NCBI GenBank assembly: GCA_043822705.1
Contig: JBDRBK010000070.1
Coordinates: forward strand, 23,609 to 87,608
From: Fidelibacterota bacterium
GTDB lineage: Bacteria; Fidelibacterota; Marinisomatia; Marinisomatales; TCS56
Direction: 5' to 3'
DNA: 64,000 nt
Below, one piece after another: positions 19,567 to 28,325 of the stretch. The position numbers were made by a program, and so were the translations under genes. Position 1 is the stretch's first letter. Each line of letters opens with the position of its first letter. The notes beneath the pieces were generated by a model that saw nothing but the letters and a program-made list of their open reading frames with translations, was not told the DNA's origin and did no database searches.

Positions 19567-20925
19567 ATGACTGCTGGTTGGAAATTTTTTATCGGTATTA
19601 TAGTGGCCATGCTGGTCATCGGACTATTTTGGTGGCAGGCACCCGCTCCAGTTGAAAATGACGATGGCAAGATCCACCTCCAGTACTGGTACATCACCGG
19701 GCAGAAGGAAAGCCCGCCGTATTACGTTGAGGCCTTCAATGCCATGCAGTCCGAGATAGTCGTCGAGGCGCTGGCAATACCCTGGCAGGAGCATGAAAAG
19801 AAAATCCTGACCGCGGTGCTAAGCGGTAATCCCCCCGACATTGTCAGCCAGTTTGTGCCGGTAGTCAAGTGGGCATCACGGATGGCCCTGTTTCCGCTGG
19901 ATACTTTCATTGTCGAAGATAATTTCGATCCCGGAATATTCTATCCCGCCCTCTGGGATGAAATGATCTACGACGGTCATGTTTTTGGTCTGCCGATCAT
20001 GACTGTGTCGAATGCTTTTTTCATCAACAAACGAATGTTCCGGGAAGCGGGACTTGATCCGGAGCGACAGCCACGCACCTGGTCTGAAGTCCGTGAATTA
20101 GCCGGGCATCTCGACCAGTACAACGATCGCGGTCAGATCGTCCGGATGGGCTTTATCCCCGACTGGCGGCAGTTTGAAGCGAACACGCTCCAGACTTCAA
20201 TGCTGATTGCCTGGCAACTGGGGGCGGAATTCCTTTCCCCGGACGGTAAAACCGTCAGTCTGAATAACCCGGCTATGCGAACGGCTCTGGAATGGGTGGC
20301 TGATTATTACCGGCAGTACGACATGAAAAAGGTCCAGGCCTTTCGCGGAAGTTTCGGCTATGCCGACCAGCATGAGCTGATTTCTGAAAAAGTGGCGATG
20401 ATGGTTATCGACAGCAGTTTCCCGGAACTGGTTCAACGTTACAATCCTGGCCTGGATTATGCGGTTTACCCGATCCCGTCCTTCGGCGATTCCCCCACCG
20501 TGTCCACCTCCGGAAGCTGGTGGCTGGCGATTCCCCGTGGTGCCCGTCATCCCCGCGAATCCTGGCAATTTATTAAGTATGCCGTCGATAAAGACATCCA
20601 GTTGCAGACCTGTTTCAACACGGAAGAGAATTTATTCCCCACCAATCGTCTTGCCGCGAATGATCCGTCCTTTAACAACACCGCGGAAACCGCCGTATTC
20701 GTCAGCCAGATGGATTATGCGCACTCGCCGACGATCATTCCCCTGGCCCACGATGTGTTCTGGCGTGAAATGTCGGGACGGGTGCAGGAACGGGTGCTGC
20801 ACGGGTTGCAGACCGCCGAGCAGTCCCTGAAAGAGGCGGAAAAAATCGTTCAACTGGAGCTCGACAAAGCGCTGGTTTACGACGAATATGTTCGTTCCAA
20901 AATGAATTTTCCGGAACTGAAATAA
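19567..20925 (+). CDS. Sugar ABC transporter substrate-binding protein
   Basis: N-terminal anchor; SGNPPDI, YDGHVFGLP, FINKRMFREAGLDPE motifs of CUT1 binding proteins. Confidence 0.9.
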   Translation: MTAGWKFFIGIIVAMLVIGLFWWQAPAPVENDDGKIHLQYWYITGQKESPPYYVEAFNAMQSEIVVEALAIPWQEHEKKILTAVLSGNPPDIVSQFVPVVKWASRMALFPLDTFIVEDNFDPGIFYPALWDEMIYDGHVFGLPIMTVSNAFFINKRMFREAGLDPERQPRTWSEVRELAGHLDQYNDRGQIVRMGFIPDWRQFEANTLQTSMLIAWQLGAEFLSPDGKTVSLNNPAMRTALEWVADYYRQYDMKKVQAFRGSFGYADQHELISEKVAMMVIDSSFPELVQRYNPGLDYAVYPIPSFGDSPTVSTSGSWWLAIPRGARHPRESWQFIKYAVDKDIQLQTCFNTEENLFPTNRLAANDPSFNNTAETAVFVSQMDYAHSPTIIPLAHDVFWREMSGRVQERVLHGLQTAEQSLKEAEKIVQLELDKALVYDEYVRSKMNFPELK

Positions 20926-21848
20926 TGACCGCCGCCGAGCATAGAAAACCGGGAAGAAGTATTTTTTTTCAGCGCCAGGCCGTCTGGGGTTATATTTTCG
21001 CTTCACCCTGGATAATCGGCTTTATCATATTCGGTCTCTATCCCATGGGCATGTCGCTGTATTACAGCCTGTGTCAGTTTGATGTGCTGAGAATCCCCTT
21101 ATTTATCGGTCTGGCTAACTACCGTAACCTGCTGGTCAATGATCCCTATTTCTGGACTTCGATCGGGAATACGCTTTACTATGTTGTTTTCCGAACCCCG
21201 ATCTGTATTCTGGGATCGCTGCTGCTGGCGTCGCTGCTCCATGATTCGCTGCGTGGAATCCGGTTCTTCCGCACCGTTTTCTTCATACCGTCGATCATTA
21301 CCGGTGTGGTTCTGTCGGTAATCTGGCTGTGGATGTACAATCCCCAGTATGGGCTGATCAACAGTGCCCTGGCGGCACTGGGCTTCCAGGGACCGCTCTG
21401 GCTCCAGAGCCATGAATGGTCCAAGCCGGCGATTGTGCTGATGAGTCTCTGGTCGATCGGTGGCGGCCGGATGCTGGTATTTCTGGCCGCATTGCAGGGA
21501 ATACCGAAACATTTGTATGAGGTGGTGGACCTGGACGGCGGGAACTGGTGGCAGAAATTTATTCATATCACGCTGCCACTGATATCGCCGGTACTGTTTT
21601 TATGGACGGTAATGGAGGTTATATTTTCCTTTCAGGTATTTGTCGAGGCCTATGTCATGACTAAGGGCGGACCGCTGAATTCGACCCTGTTCTACAACCT
21701 GTATCTATACAACAAGGCCTTCGATGACTACAGCATGGGTTACGCTTCGGCCCTGGCCTGGTTGCTGTTGATAATAACGCTGGCGGTAACGATCTTCCAA
21801 TTCAAGTTCGGTCAACGCTGGGTTTATTACGAAGGGGAGCGCAAGTGA
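20925..21848 (+). CDS. Sugar ABC transporter permease
   Basis: GLANY, LQGIPKHLYEVVDLDG (EAA loop), ITLPLISP, MGYASA. Confidence 0.93.
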   Translation: MTAAEHRKPGRSIFFQRQAVWGYIFASPWIIGFIIFGLYPMGMSLYYSLCQFDVLRIPLFIGLANYRNLLVNDPYFWTSIGNTLYYVVFRTPICILGSLLLASLLHDSLRGIRFFRTVFFIPSIITGVVLSVIWLWMYNPQYGLINSALAALGFQGPLWLQSHEWSKPAIVLMSLWSIGGGRMLVFLAALQGIPKHLYEVVDLDGGNWWQKFIHITLPLISPVLFLWTVMEVIFSFQVFVEAYVMTKGGPLNSTLFYNLYLYNKAFDDYSMGYASALAWLLLIITLAVTIFQFKFGQRWVYYEGERK

Positions 21849-22708
21849 TGTTCAAACCAGGTACCAAGCTGCTGCCGACCGGACGTAAGGCGTTGCCGGT
21901 AATCGCGCGCTACCTGGCGCTCACCATACTGGCGACTGTCTTTATTCTACCGTTTCTGTGGATGATTTCCACTTCGCTGAAGGGTTACGAAAATATTTTC
22001 AGCCTGCCGCTGAAATGGATTCCGGACACGATCCACTGGGAGAATTACCTGAACGTATTCAAGGCCATGCCGTTCATGGTCTATTTGAAAAATTCGGTAT
22101 TTGTCACCGGACTGGCCATCTTCGGGACGGTTCTGTCGGCCTCGCTGGTGGCCTATGCGTTTGCCGTGCTGCGCTGGCCCGGCCGTGACACTTTATTTAT
22201 CGTGGTTATCGCCACGATGATGCTACCGATGCAGGTCACGATGATACCGCTGTTCGTATTGTTCAAGGAATTCGGTTGGTTGAATACCTTCAAACCGCTG
22301 ATCGTGCCGGCTTTTTTTGGCGGCGGCGCTTTTAATATTTTCCTGTTGCGGCAGTTTTTTCTATCGATTCCGAAGGACCTGTTCGATGCCGCCCGCATCG
22401 ATGGCTGTTCGGAATTCCGGATTTACTGGAATATCGTGTTGCCGCTGGCCAAACCGGCCCTGGCGACGGTGGCGGTGCTGTCGTTTATGCTGTATTGGAA
22501 TGATTTTCTGGGACCGCTGATATACCTGTCGGATCAATTGAGGGGAACACTGGCGTTAGGCGTGGTTATGTTTGTGGGACAGCATAAAAGTGAATGGGCG
22601 TTGCTGATGGTGGCGACGATCCTGATGATGCTGCCGATAATCATCATTTTCTTCCTGTTCCAGCGTTATTTCATCCGTGGTTTCATGATGAGTGGGATTA
22701 AAGGCTGA
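21848..22708 (+). CDS. Sugar ABC transporter permease
   Basis: IPKDLFDAARIDG (EAA loop), WNDFLGPLI. Confidence 0.93.
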   Translation: MFKPGTKLLPTGRKALPVIARYLALTILATVFILPFLWMISTSLKGYENIFSLPLKWIPDTIHWENYLNVFKAMPFMVYLKNSVFVTGLAIFGTVLSASLVAYAFAVLRWPGRDTLFIVVIATMMLPMQVTMIPLFVLFKEFGWLNTFKPLIVPAFFGGGAFNIFLLRQFFLSIPKDLFDAARIDGCSEFRIYWNIVLPLAKPALATVAVLSFMLYWNDFLGPLIYLSDQLRGTLALGVVMFVGQHKSEWALLMVATILMMLPIIIIFFLFQRYFIRGFMMSGIKG

Positions 22709-25700
22709 TGAGAAAATTAAATTATCAGTTACGCTGCCTGCTGCTGGCGGCTGTGCTGCCGGTTCTGGTATCGATCAAAGCGGAGGCGTCGAATATTAAC
22801 TTCCGGATTAGCGAGCAGGGTGAACTCCCGGTTTGGCTGGTTTGCGGTCCCTTTACACAGCCGCTGACTGGTTTTGGAACCGTAGGCGACGCCGATGCTG
22901 TTGGCGAAGCAACTGTTCATCCGGCAATCAATGATCTGGTGGATGCACCGCTGAACGCTTCAGGCTCAGCGTCATGGCGGCCGGTTTCAGCCGGATCGAC
23001 TGGTTATGTCGATATCAACGGGCTGTTAGGCTTGGTCGACCCGGCCGATACGCCGGAAGTACCCTGGTTCGGTCGTGCCGGTTATGCGCTGACCTATATC
23101 AACAGTCCGGAAGCCCGGGAGGCGGTGCTGTTGCTGGGCAGTTACAACCGGATCAAGGTAATTGTAAACGGTGAAACCGTTTATAACCACGACGGTCTGC
23201 GGAAAGCGGTCGCTGATCAGGATACCGTCCGGATTCATCTCCAGCAGGGTGAAAATACGATATTGCTGAAGGTATTTCACTCACATCAAGACTATCAACC
23301 GCGATTTTTATTCGATCCGGGGTATGGCTGGGGATTTTATGCCCGTCTGATCGACAGTGAATTTCAAGTCGCCGAAAACCTGACAGTGTCTTTACCCGAG
23401 ACCCGCAACGCCCCGAAGTTCGAGGTTGAGTCGACAATATTTTTCAGGAAAACACCTGCCGGCCAACTACAGCAGCGCTGTGATCTGGTGCTGTCTTCGA
23501 TCGCACCGGAAGCACAATCAGGCCGTTTCATACTGACCATGAAAGGGAAAGAGATTATACTTGATCTGCCGGTGGTACCGTTCGGTGAAAGCCGCCACTC
23601 ATTGTTTATCCCGGCATTGGAAAAACCTGTCCGGGCACAGGCAAGTCTGAAATTGGGTGATCAAACAGTAACCAGTAAAATCCAATTGGAACCGCGCCGG
23701 CGCTATGAACTGTATCTGATGCTACTTTCCCATCTGGATATCGGCTATACTCATATTCAACCGGTGGTGATAGAGCGGCAAGTCCGGATCATGGACGAGG
23801 CGATCGACCGCTGTGCCGTGGATCCCGCCTTTCGCTGGACCATCGAAACGATCTGGCAGGTTGAACAGTACCAGCGCTGCCGGCCGGCGGATCGATTTCA
23901 GCGCCTGATCGAACTGATCCGGAATGGTCGGATCGCCGTATCGCCGTTATACACTAATTCATTTACCGGCTTGGTCAGCGAAGAAGAAATGCAGCGGGCG
24001 TTTTACCCGGCCGGCGACTATCGTGAACAGTACGGCATCGATTATCACGCGGCTATTTACAATGATACGCCGGGATTCAACTGGCTGCTGCCCCAGTTAC
24101 TGTCAGGTTTGGATATCGATTTCCTGGTAACCGGTATCAACGAGGTTTATACCGAAAATCCGCTGCAGCGCAATCTACCGAAAGTATTTCGCTGGGAGGG
24201 TGGCGACGGCAGCTCCGTTCTGACATATGTTACCGAGACTTACAACGAAGGTTTGTTATTGGGATTGGAAACCGAGACGACCGCCAGCGAATACCGGATC
24301 TGGCAGCGACTGAACAAGCTGGAGCACAAGGGCTATCCTTATGATCTGGTGCTGGTGAATGCCGGTGCGGGCGACAACTGTGGAATCCCGGAAGTCCAGT
24401 ATCAGCGGGCACTGGCTTGGAATGAAGAATACGCCTACCCCAGATTTGTAATCAGCAATCTGAATCAATTTGCGAACGATTTCAGTAAGAAATATGCAGC
24501 TGATATTCCGGTTATACGCGGCGATTGGACCTCCAGTTGGGACAGCCGTTCCCAGGGCGAACCGGCGTTGATCCGCGATCAGCGCGCCACGCAGAATCGC
24601 ATCCTGACCGCCGAAAAACTGGCGACCATCAATTGGCTGAAAGATGCCCGGTTGCTGCCGCTGACGGAAGACATCGATGATGTTTACCGGCAATTGTTGT
24701 TGTTCAGCGGACACGGTTCGGGGCTCGAATATGGCTACGGTTCACGAGCGGAAAATCTTTTGGCGGCGGATTACCGCCATCAATATATCGAACGGGCCAA
24801 GCTTGGTGCAACGGAAGTATTGGAGCGTTCATTGTTGCGCCTGTCGATTCCGGGTGAGTCGCTGGACAGCGAGGCACTACTGGTTTTTAATCCCCTTTCA
24901 TGGGAACGGTCCGCGGTGGTCCGTGTCGATTATCCGGCCGCATTTGCCGGATCGGTCACCGTCCGCGACCTGGTATCGGGTGAAACCGTGCCGTCATTTT
25001 GTGAAACCGACCGGCTGTATCTGTCCCTGGACAAACTGCCGTCGATCGGATACAAAAAATATGAAGTTATCCGCTCTTCCGATGATCATTTCCCGAACGG
25101 CGGCCTGGAAAACGGTCCCGACTTCATCGCCAATACCCGGTTCAAATTGACATTTGATCCGCAGACCGGACGAATAATCAGTATCTATGATCGCCGGAAC
25201 CAACGTGAAATAATTGCTGCGGAAGCGGACCGGTCATTTGCCGCGCCTTTGAAAATCGAGCCATTTTCGAATGACCGGGTAACAGCGTTGGATACAGCCG
25301 CCGCCAAAATCAGGATTATCGACCGGATGCCGATCGCCCTGGATGTCGAGATTGTCAGGCCGGGCCAGCTCTTCAGTGAATCGCGCTACCGCATCACCGC
25401 GCTGGACCGGATCGAGATCACGCACACAGTAAATCTGGAAAAACTGATTCCGGCACAGGAACTGGAAGAATACGGTCTTGCCTTTCCGGTGGCTTTAAAC
25501 GAAAACCATTTTGCCATCGACCAGGCCGGGGGTCAGATCGTTTCGTCCGACGATATTCTGCCGGGAGCCGTAACCGGTTATTTTTCGGTGCGTGGCGGAT
25601 TTACCGTCTATGATTCCGATTACTCGGTCTCGCTGGCGCTGCCCGACAGCCGGGTGATCAAAGGTGAAACGCACGGATCGGTCGGCGGACCGTTCAGCGT

Positions 25701-26160
25701 CGTGCTGGTCAATAATTTCCCGGTGGCCTGGAACCGTTCTGAGCGAAACATCGGCAGTCTCGATTTTCGGTTCGTCCTGACGGCCACCAAGAATGCATTT
25801 GATCCTGCGGCCGGCCTGCGTTTCAGCCGCGAAGTGCAAAATCCACCGGAGGTATTGCGGACCTGGCAAAAGCGGTCACCGGCCACGGCCAGTTATTTTT
25901 CCAGCAGCAATCCCGATATTTTGATTACCGCTTTATCACCGTCCCGTGATCAGTCGGGGTTAATCCTGAGAATTCGCAACCTGAACGGAACCAAACCCGC
26001 CAGGGGAATCCTGCAATCAGAATTTTTCACAGACCGAGATGCCTGGAAGGTATCGATTTGGGGAAAACAAAAACATGGTTTAACGATAAACCAGAACTTG
26101 ATCGGGGTTACGCTTCAACCAAATGAGATTCAAACCATTAAAATCGTACCTCGACCATAA
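22708..26160 (+). CDS. Exported GH38-like glycoside hydrolase (alpha-mannosidase-like)
   Basis: Signal peptide; N-terminal beta-sandwich; SHLDIGY zinc motif, NDTPG nucleophile region, VFRWEG, VFNPLSWER. Confidence 0.8.
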   Translation: MRKLNYQLRCLLLAAVLPVLVSIKAEASNINFRISEQGELPVWLVCGPFTQPLTGFGTVGDADAVGEATVHPAINDLVDAPLNASGSASWRPVSAGSTGYVDINGLLGLVDPADTPEVPWFGRAGYALTYINSPEAREAVLLLGSYNRIKVIVNGETVYNHDGLRKAVADQDTVRIHLQQGENTILLKVFHSHQDYQPRFLFDPGYGWGFYARLIDSEFQVAENLTVSLPETRNAPKFEVESTIFFRKTPAGQLQQRCDLVLSSIAPEAQSGRFILTMKGKEIILDLPVVPFGESRHSLFIPALEKPVRAQASLKLGDQTVTSKIQLEPRRRYELYLMLLSHLDIGYTHIQPVVIERQVRIMDEAIDRCAVDPAFRWTIETIWQVEQYQRCRPADRFQRLIELIRNGRIAVSPLYTNSFTGLVSEEEMQRAFYPAGDYREQYGIDYHAAIYNDTPGFNWLLPQLLSGLDIDFLVTGINEVYTENPLQRNLPKVFRWEGGDGSSVLTYVTETYNEGLLLGLETETTASEYRIWQRLNKLEHKGYPYDLVLVNAGAGDNCGIPEVQYQRALAWNEEYAYPRFVISNLNQFANDFSKKYAADIPVIRGDWTSSWDSRSQGEPALIRDQRATQNRILTAEKLATINWLKDARLLPLTEDIDDVYRQLLLFSGHGSGLEYGYGSRAENLLAADYRHQYIERAKLGATEVLERSLLRLSIPGESLDSEALLVFNPLSWERSAVVRVDYPAAFAGSVTVRDLVSGETVPSFCETDRLYLSLDKLPSIGYKKYEVIRSSDDHFPNGGLENGPDFIANTRFKLTFDPQTGRIISIYDRRNQREIIAAEADRSFAAPLKIEPFSNDRVTALDTAAAKIRIIDRMPIALDVEIVRPGQLFSESRYRITALDRIEITHTVNLEKLIPAQELEEYGLAFPVALNENHFAIDQAGGQIVSSDDILPGAVTGYFSVRGGFTVYDSDYSVSLALPDSRVIKGETHGSVGGPFSVVLVNNFPVAWNRSERNIGSLDFRFVLTATKNAFDPAAGLRFSREVQNPPEVLRTWQKRSPATASYFSSSNPDILITALSPSRDQSGLILRIRNLNGTKPARGILQSEFFTDRDAWKVSIWGKQKHGLTINQNLIGVTLQPNEIQTIKIVPRP

Positions 26161-26208
26161 AGCAACCGGACCAATCCGGAATCCAACATAATAAAGGAAA
26201 ATGAAACA

Positions 26209-27066
26209 ATGAAAAAGGGATTAATAGTAAATATATTCTTTTTAATCTTGATCTTTACGCTTTCATCCTGCCTGATTTACGAAGTAGATCAGCCGGCCAC
26301 TGTTGCTGCCGGTGGTACGTTCACTACGACAGTATCAATATCTGATATCACCGCCGAATCAAATAATGCACACAAAGGCGCCATTTGTGTCTTAGTACCG
26401 GATGACTGGACCTTTACCTCCGGTACTTACGATTCGGATGTGGGGACAGGCACGATTGTACTCGATCCGGCCGCTGCCACACCAGTCTACGGTTTGATTG
26501 ATACCGTAATCGTTCCCCCGGCGAACATGAAATGGGTCAAGCTGCTGTCCGATGTCGGCTATCTCCATGAGGCCAATGTCTATCACGACGCGACCCTGAA
26601 TTTCACTGTTGGGCAAAAAGGTGGCGATTTCCCGATTGGATACATGGTTACGGTAAATTCTGGCGGTATGTTTGATTATTTTGCCGATAACGACATTGAT
26701 GATGCGGGTTCCAGCGGCTGGGGCGATGGTGTTGACACTTTGATGAATCAATGGGTGGAAATCACCGGCGGTATCGTCGGTGTCGATAAGGGCGTTTTGG
26801 CCAAAGAATATGGATTGTCGCAAAACTATCCCAATCCGTTCAATCCGGAGACTGTAATCGAATACAGCCTGGAGGCTGCTTCCCGCGTCGAATTGTCGGT
26901 TTACGACATTACCGGTCGCCTGATCAGTACGTTGGTCAATGAAGTCCAACAGCCGGATAATTATCAGGTGGTATTTCATGTTGATAATCTGGCCAGCGGC
27001 ACCTATCTCTACCGTTTGAAGACCGACAACCAGGTCGAAACCAGGAAGATGATTCTGCTACAGTAA
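26209..27066 (+). CDS. T9SS type A sorting domain protein with lipobox-like N-terminus
   Basis: LSSC after a hydrophobic leader; C-terminal LSQNYPNPFNPET...ASGTYLYRL...KMILLQ. Confidence 0.85.
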   Translation: MKKGLIVNIFFLILIFTLSSCLIYEVDQPATVAAGGTFTTTVSISDITAESNNAHKGAICVLVPDDWTFTSGTYDSDVGTGTIVLDPAAATPVYGLIDTVIVPPANMKWVKLLSDVGYLHEANVYHDATLNFTVGQKGGDFPIGYMVTVNSGGMFDYFADNDIDDAGSSGWGDGVDTLMNQWVEITGGIVGVDKGVLAKEYGLSQNYPNPFNPETVIEYSLEAASRVELSVYDITGRLISTLVNEVQQPDNYQVVFHVDNLASGTYLYRLKTDNQVETRKMILLQ

Positions 27067-27108
27067 TCTGTCGCAGATAAGTATATTGCATTAGAGAGTC
27101 AGCCGGAT

Positions 27109-27161
27109 GGGAATTAACCGGGTCGAGGAATCAATGATCTCCTTGGCCCGGTTGAATTCCC
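27109..27161 (+). other. Long intercistronic stem-loop
   Basis: GGGAATT-AACCGGGTCGAGGA-ATCA pairs with TGAT-TCCTTGGCCCGGTT-AATTCCC; no U-tract. Confidence 0.6.
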
Positions 27162-27186
27162 TGAGTAAATAGATAATTATGGTACA

Positions 27187-28302
27187 ATGGATAAACTGAT
27201 GAAACAACCATTTACTGTCGGAGAAATCCGTGATCTGGGCCCCCAGTTCACGGTTAATCCTGATCGCATGGTAGGGCAGGACGGGGCCTATTCGATCCGC
27301 CTGCGCGATCGGACGTTGTGGTTTTTCGGCGATACGCTGGTGGGCGAGCGATCCACCGGCACGAGTCTGTGGTATATGGATGGAAAATCCATCCGACCGC
27401 AGGCCCTTACCGAAGGCTGGAATAAGATCGATTCAATCGTGCACAATACCGGTGCACTGGTCGAAGATCGGACCGGCCGCGCTGGAATAGTTAACTTCCG
27501 GCACATCCGCGGACAGGACGGTAAATTAAAACAGCTGGTGAACCTGTTGCCTGGCGAAAATCATCTGACCGACCGCATCTGGTGTTTTCATGGCATCGAG
27601 CTCGCCGACAAATTGTACCTGTATTTTCAAAAAATTAAATTGATCCCTGCGGATGACAGTCCCTTTCCGGTGGCCTTTGAAGTCTATGGCTCCGGTCTAT
27701 CAGTTGGGGATACCGATACCTGGGATTTCCGGCGAATTGAGTACCGGGGCTCAACGATTGTCTGGGACCACACCATGCCGCAATTCGGGGCGGTGGTCCT
27801 GGTGGTACCCGGAGACAGGTTTTTATACTTTTACGGTGTGCTGCGTGATAGCGGGACGGGCCAACAAAATGTTTATGTAGCCCGTGTGCCGGCGACTGAA
27901 ATCGAAAATTTTGAATGCTATGAATACCTGAGCGATGCTGCAACCGGGCGATGGAGTGACGATATCCGTACTGCGCAGGTCGTTTTCACCGGACCGCCTA
28001 ATGAGTTATCGGTCGCCTACAATAAGTATCTGGAGTGCTACCTGACGGTACATTCACAGGATGTCAGCGGTGCAATCGTGGCCCGCACCAGTCCCAATCC
28101 CTGGGGACCGTGGAGTTCGCCGGTGCACCTGTTTCAGGTTCGACCGCCGGAAGTAAAAAGCCCCTATCCGGTGCTGATTTATGCCGCTAAAGAACATCCG
28201 GAACTGGCTGAGGCCGACGGGAAAAGGATTTATGTCACCTACATCGAATTTGAAGAATATTATCCCCACCTCCTGGAAATTGAACTGGTTCGTAAACACT
28301 AA
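27187..28302 (+). CDS. DUF4185 / GH183-like beta-propeller protein, no signal peptide
   Basis: GQDG...LWFFGDT, YVARVP, NELSVAYN, PWGPWS and YAAKEHP motifs. Confidence 0.75.
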   Translation: MDKLMKQPFTVGEIRDLGPQFTVNPDRMVGQDGAYSIRLRDRTLWFFGDTLVGERSTGTSLWYMDGKSIRPQALTEGWNKIDSIVHNTGALVEDRTGRAGIVNFRHIRGQDGKLKQLVNLLPGENHLTDRIWCFHGIELADKLYLYFQKIKLIPADDSPFPVAFEVYGSGLSVGDTDTWDFRRIEYRGSTIVWDHTMPQFGAVVLVVPGDRFLYFYGVLRDSGTGQQNVYVARVPATEIENFECYEYLSDAATGRWSDDIRTAQVVFTGPPNELSVAYNKYLECYLTVHSQDVSGAIVARTSPNPWGPWSSPVHLFQVRPPEVKSPYPVLIYAAKEHPELAEADGKRIYVTYIEFEEYYPHLLEIELVRKH

Positions 28303-28325
28303 ACCGAATTGATCTGTCACAAAAT

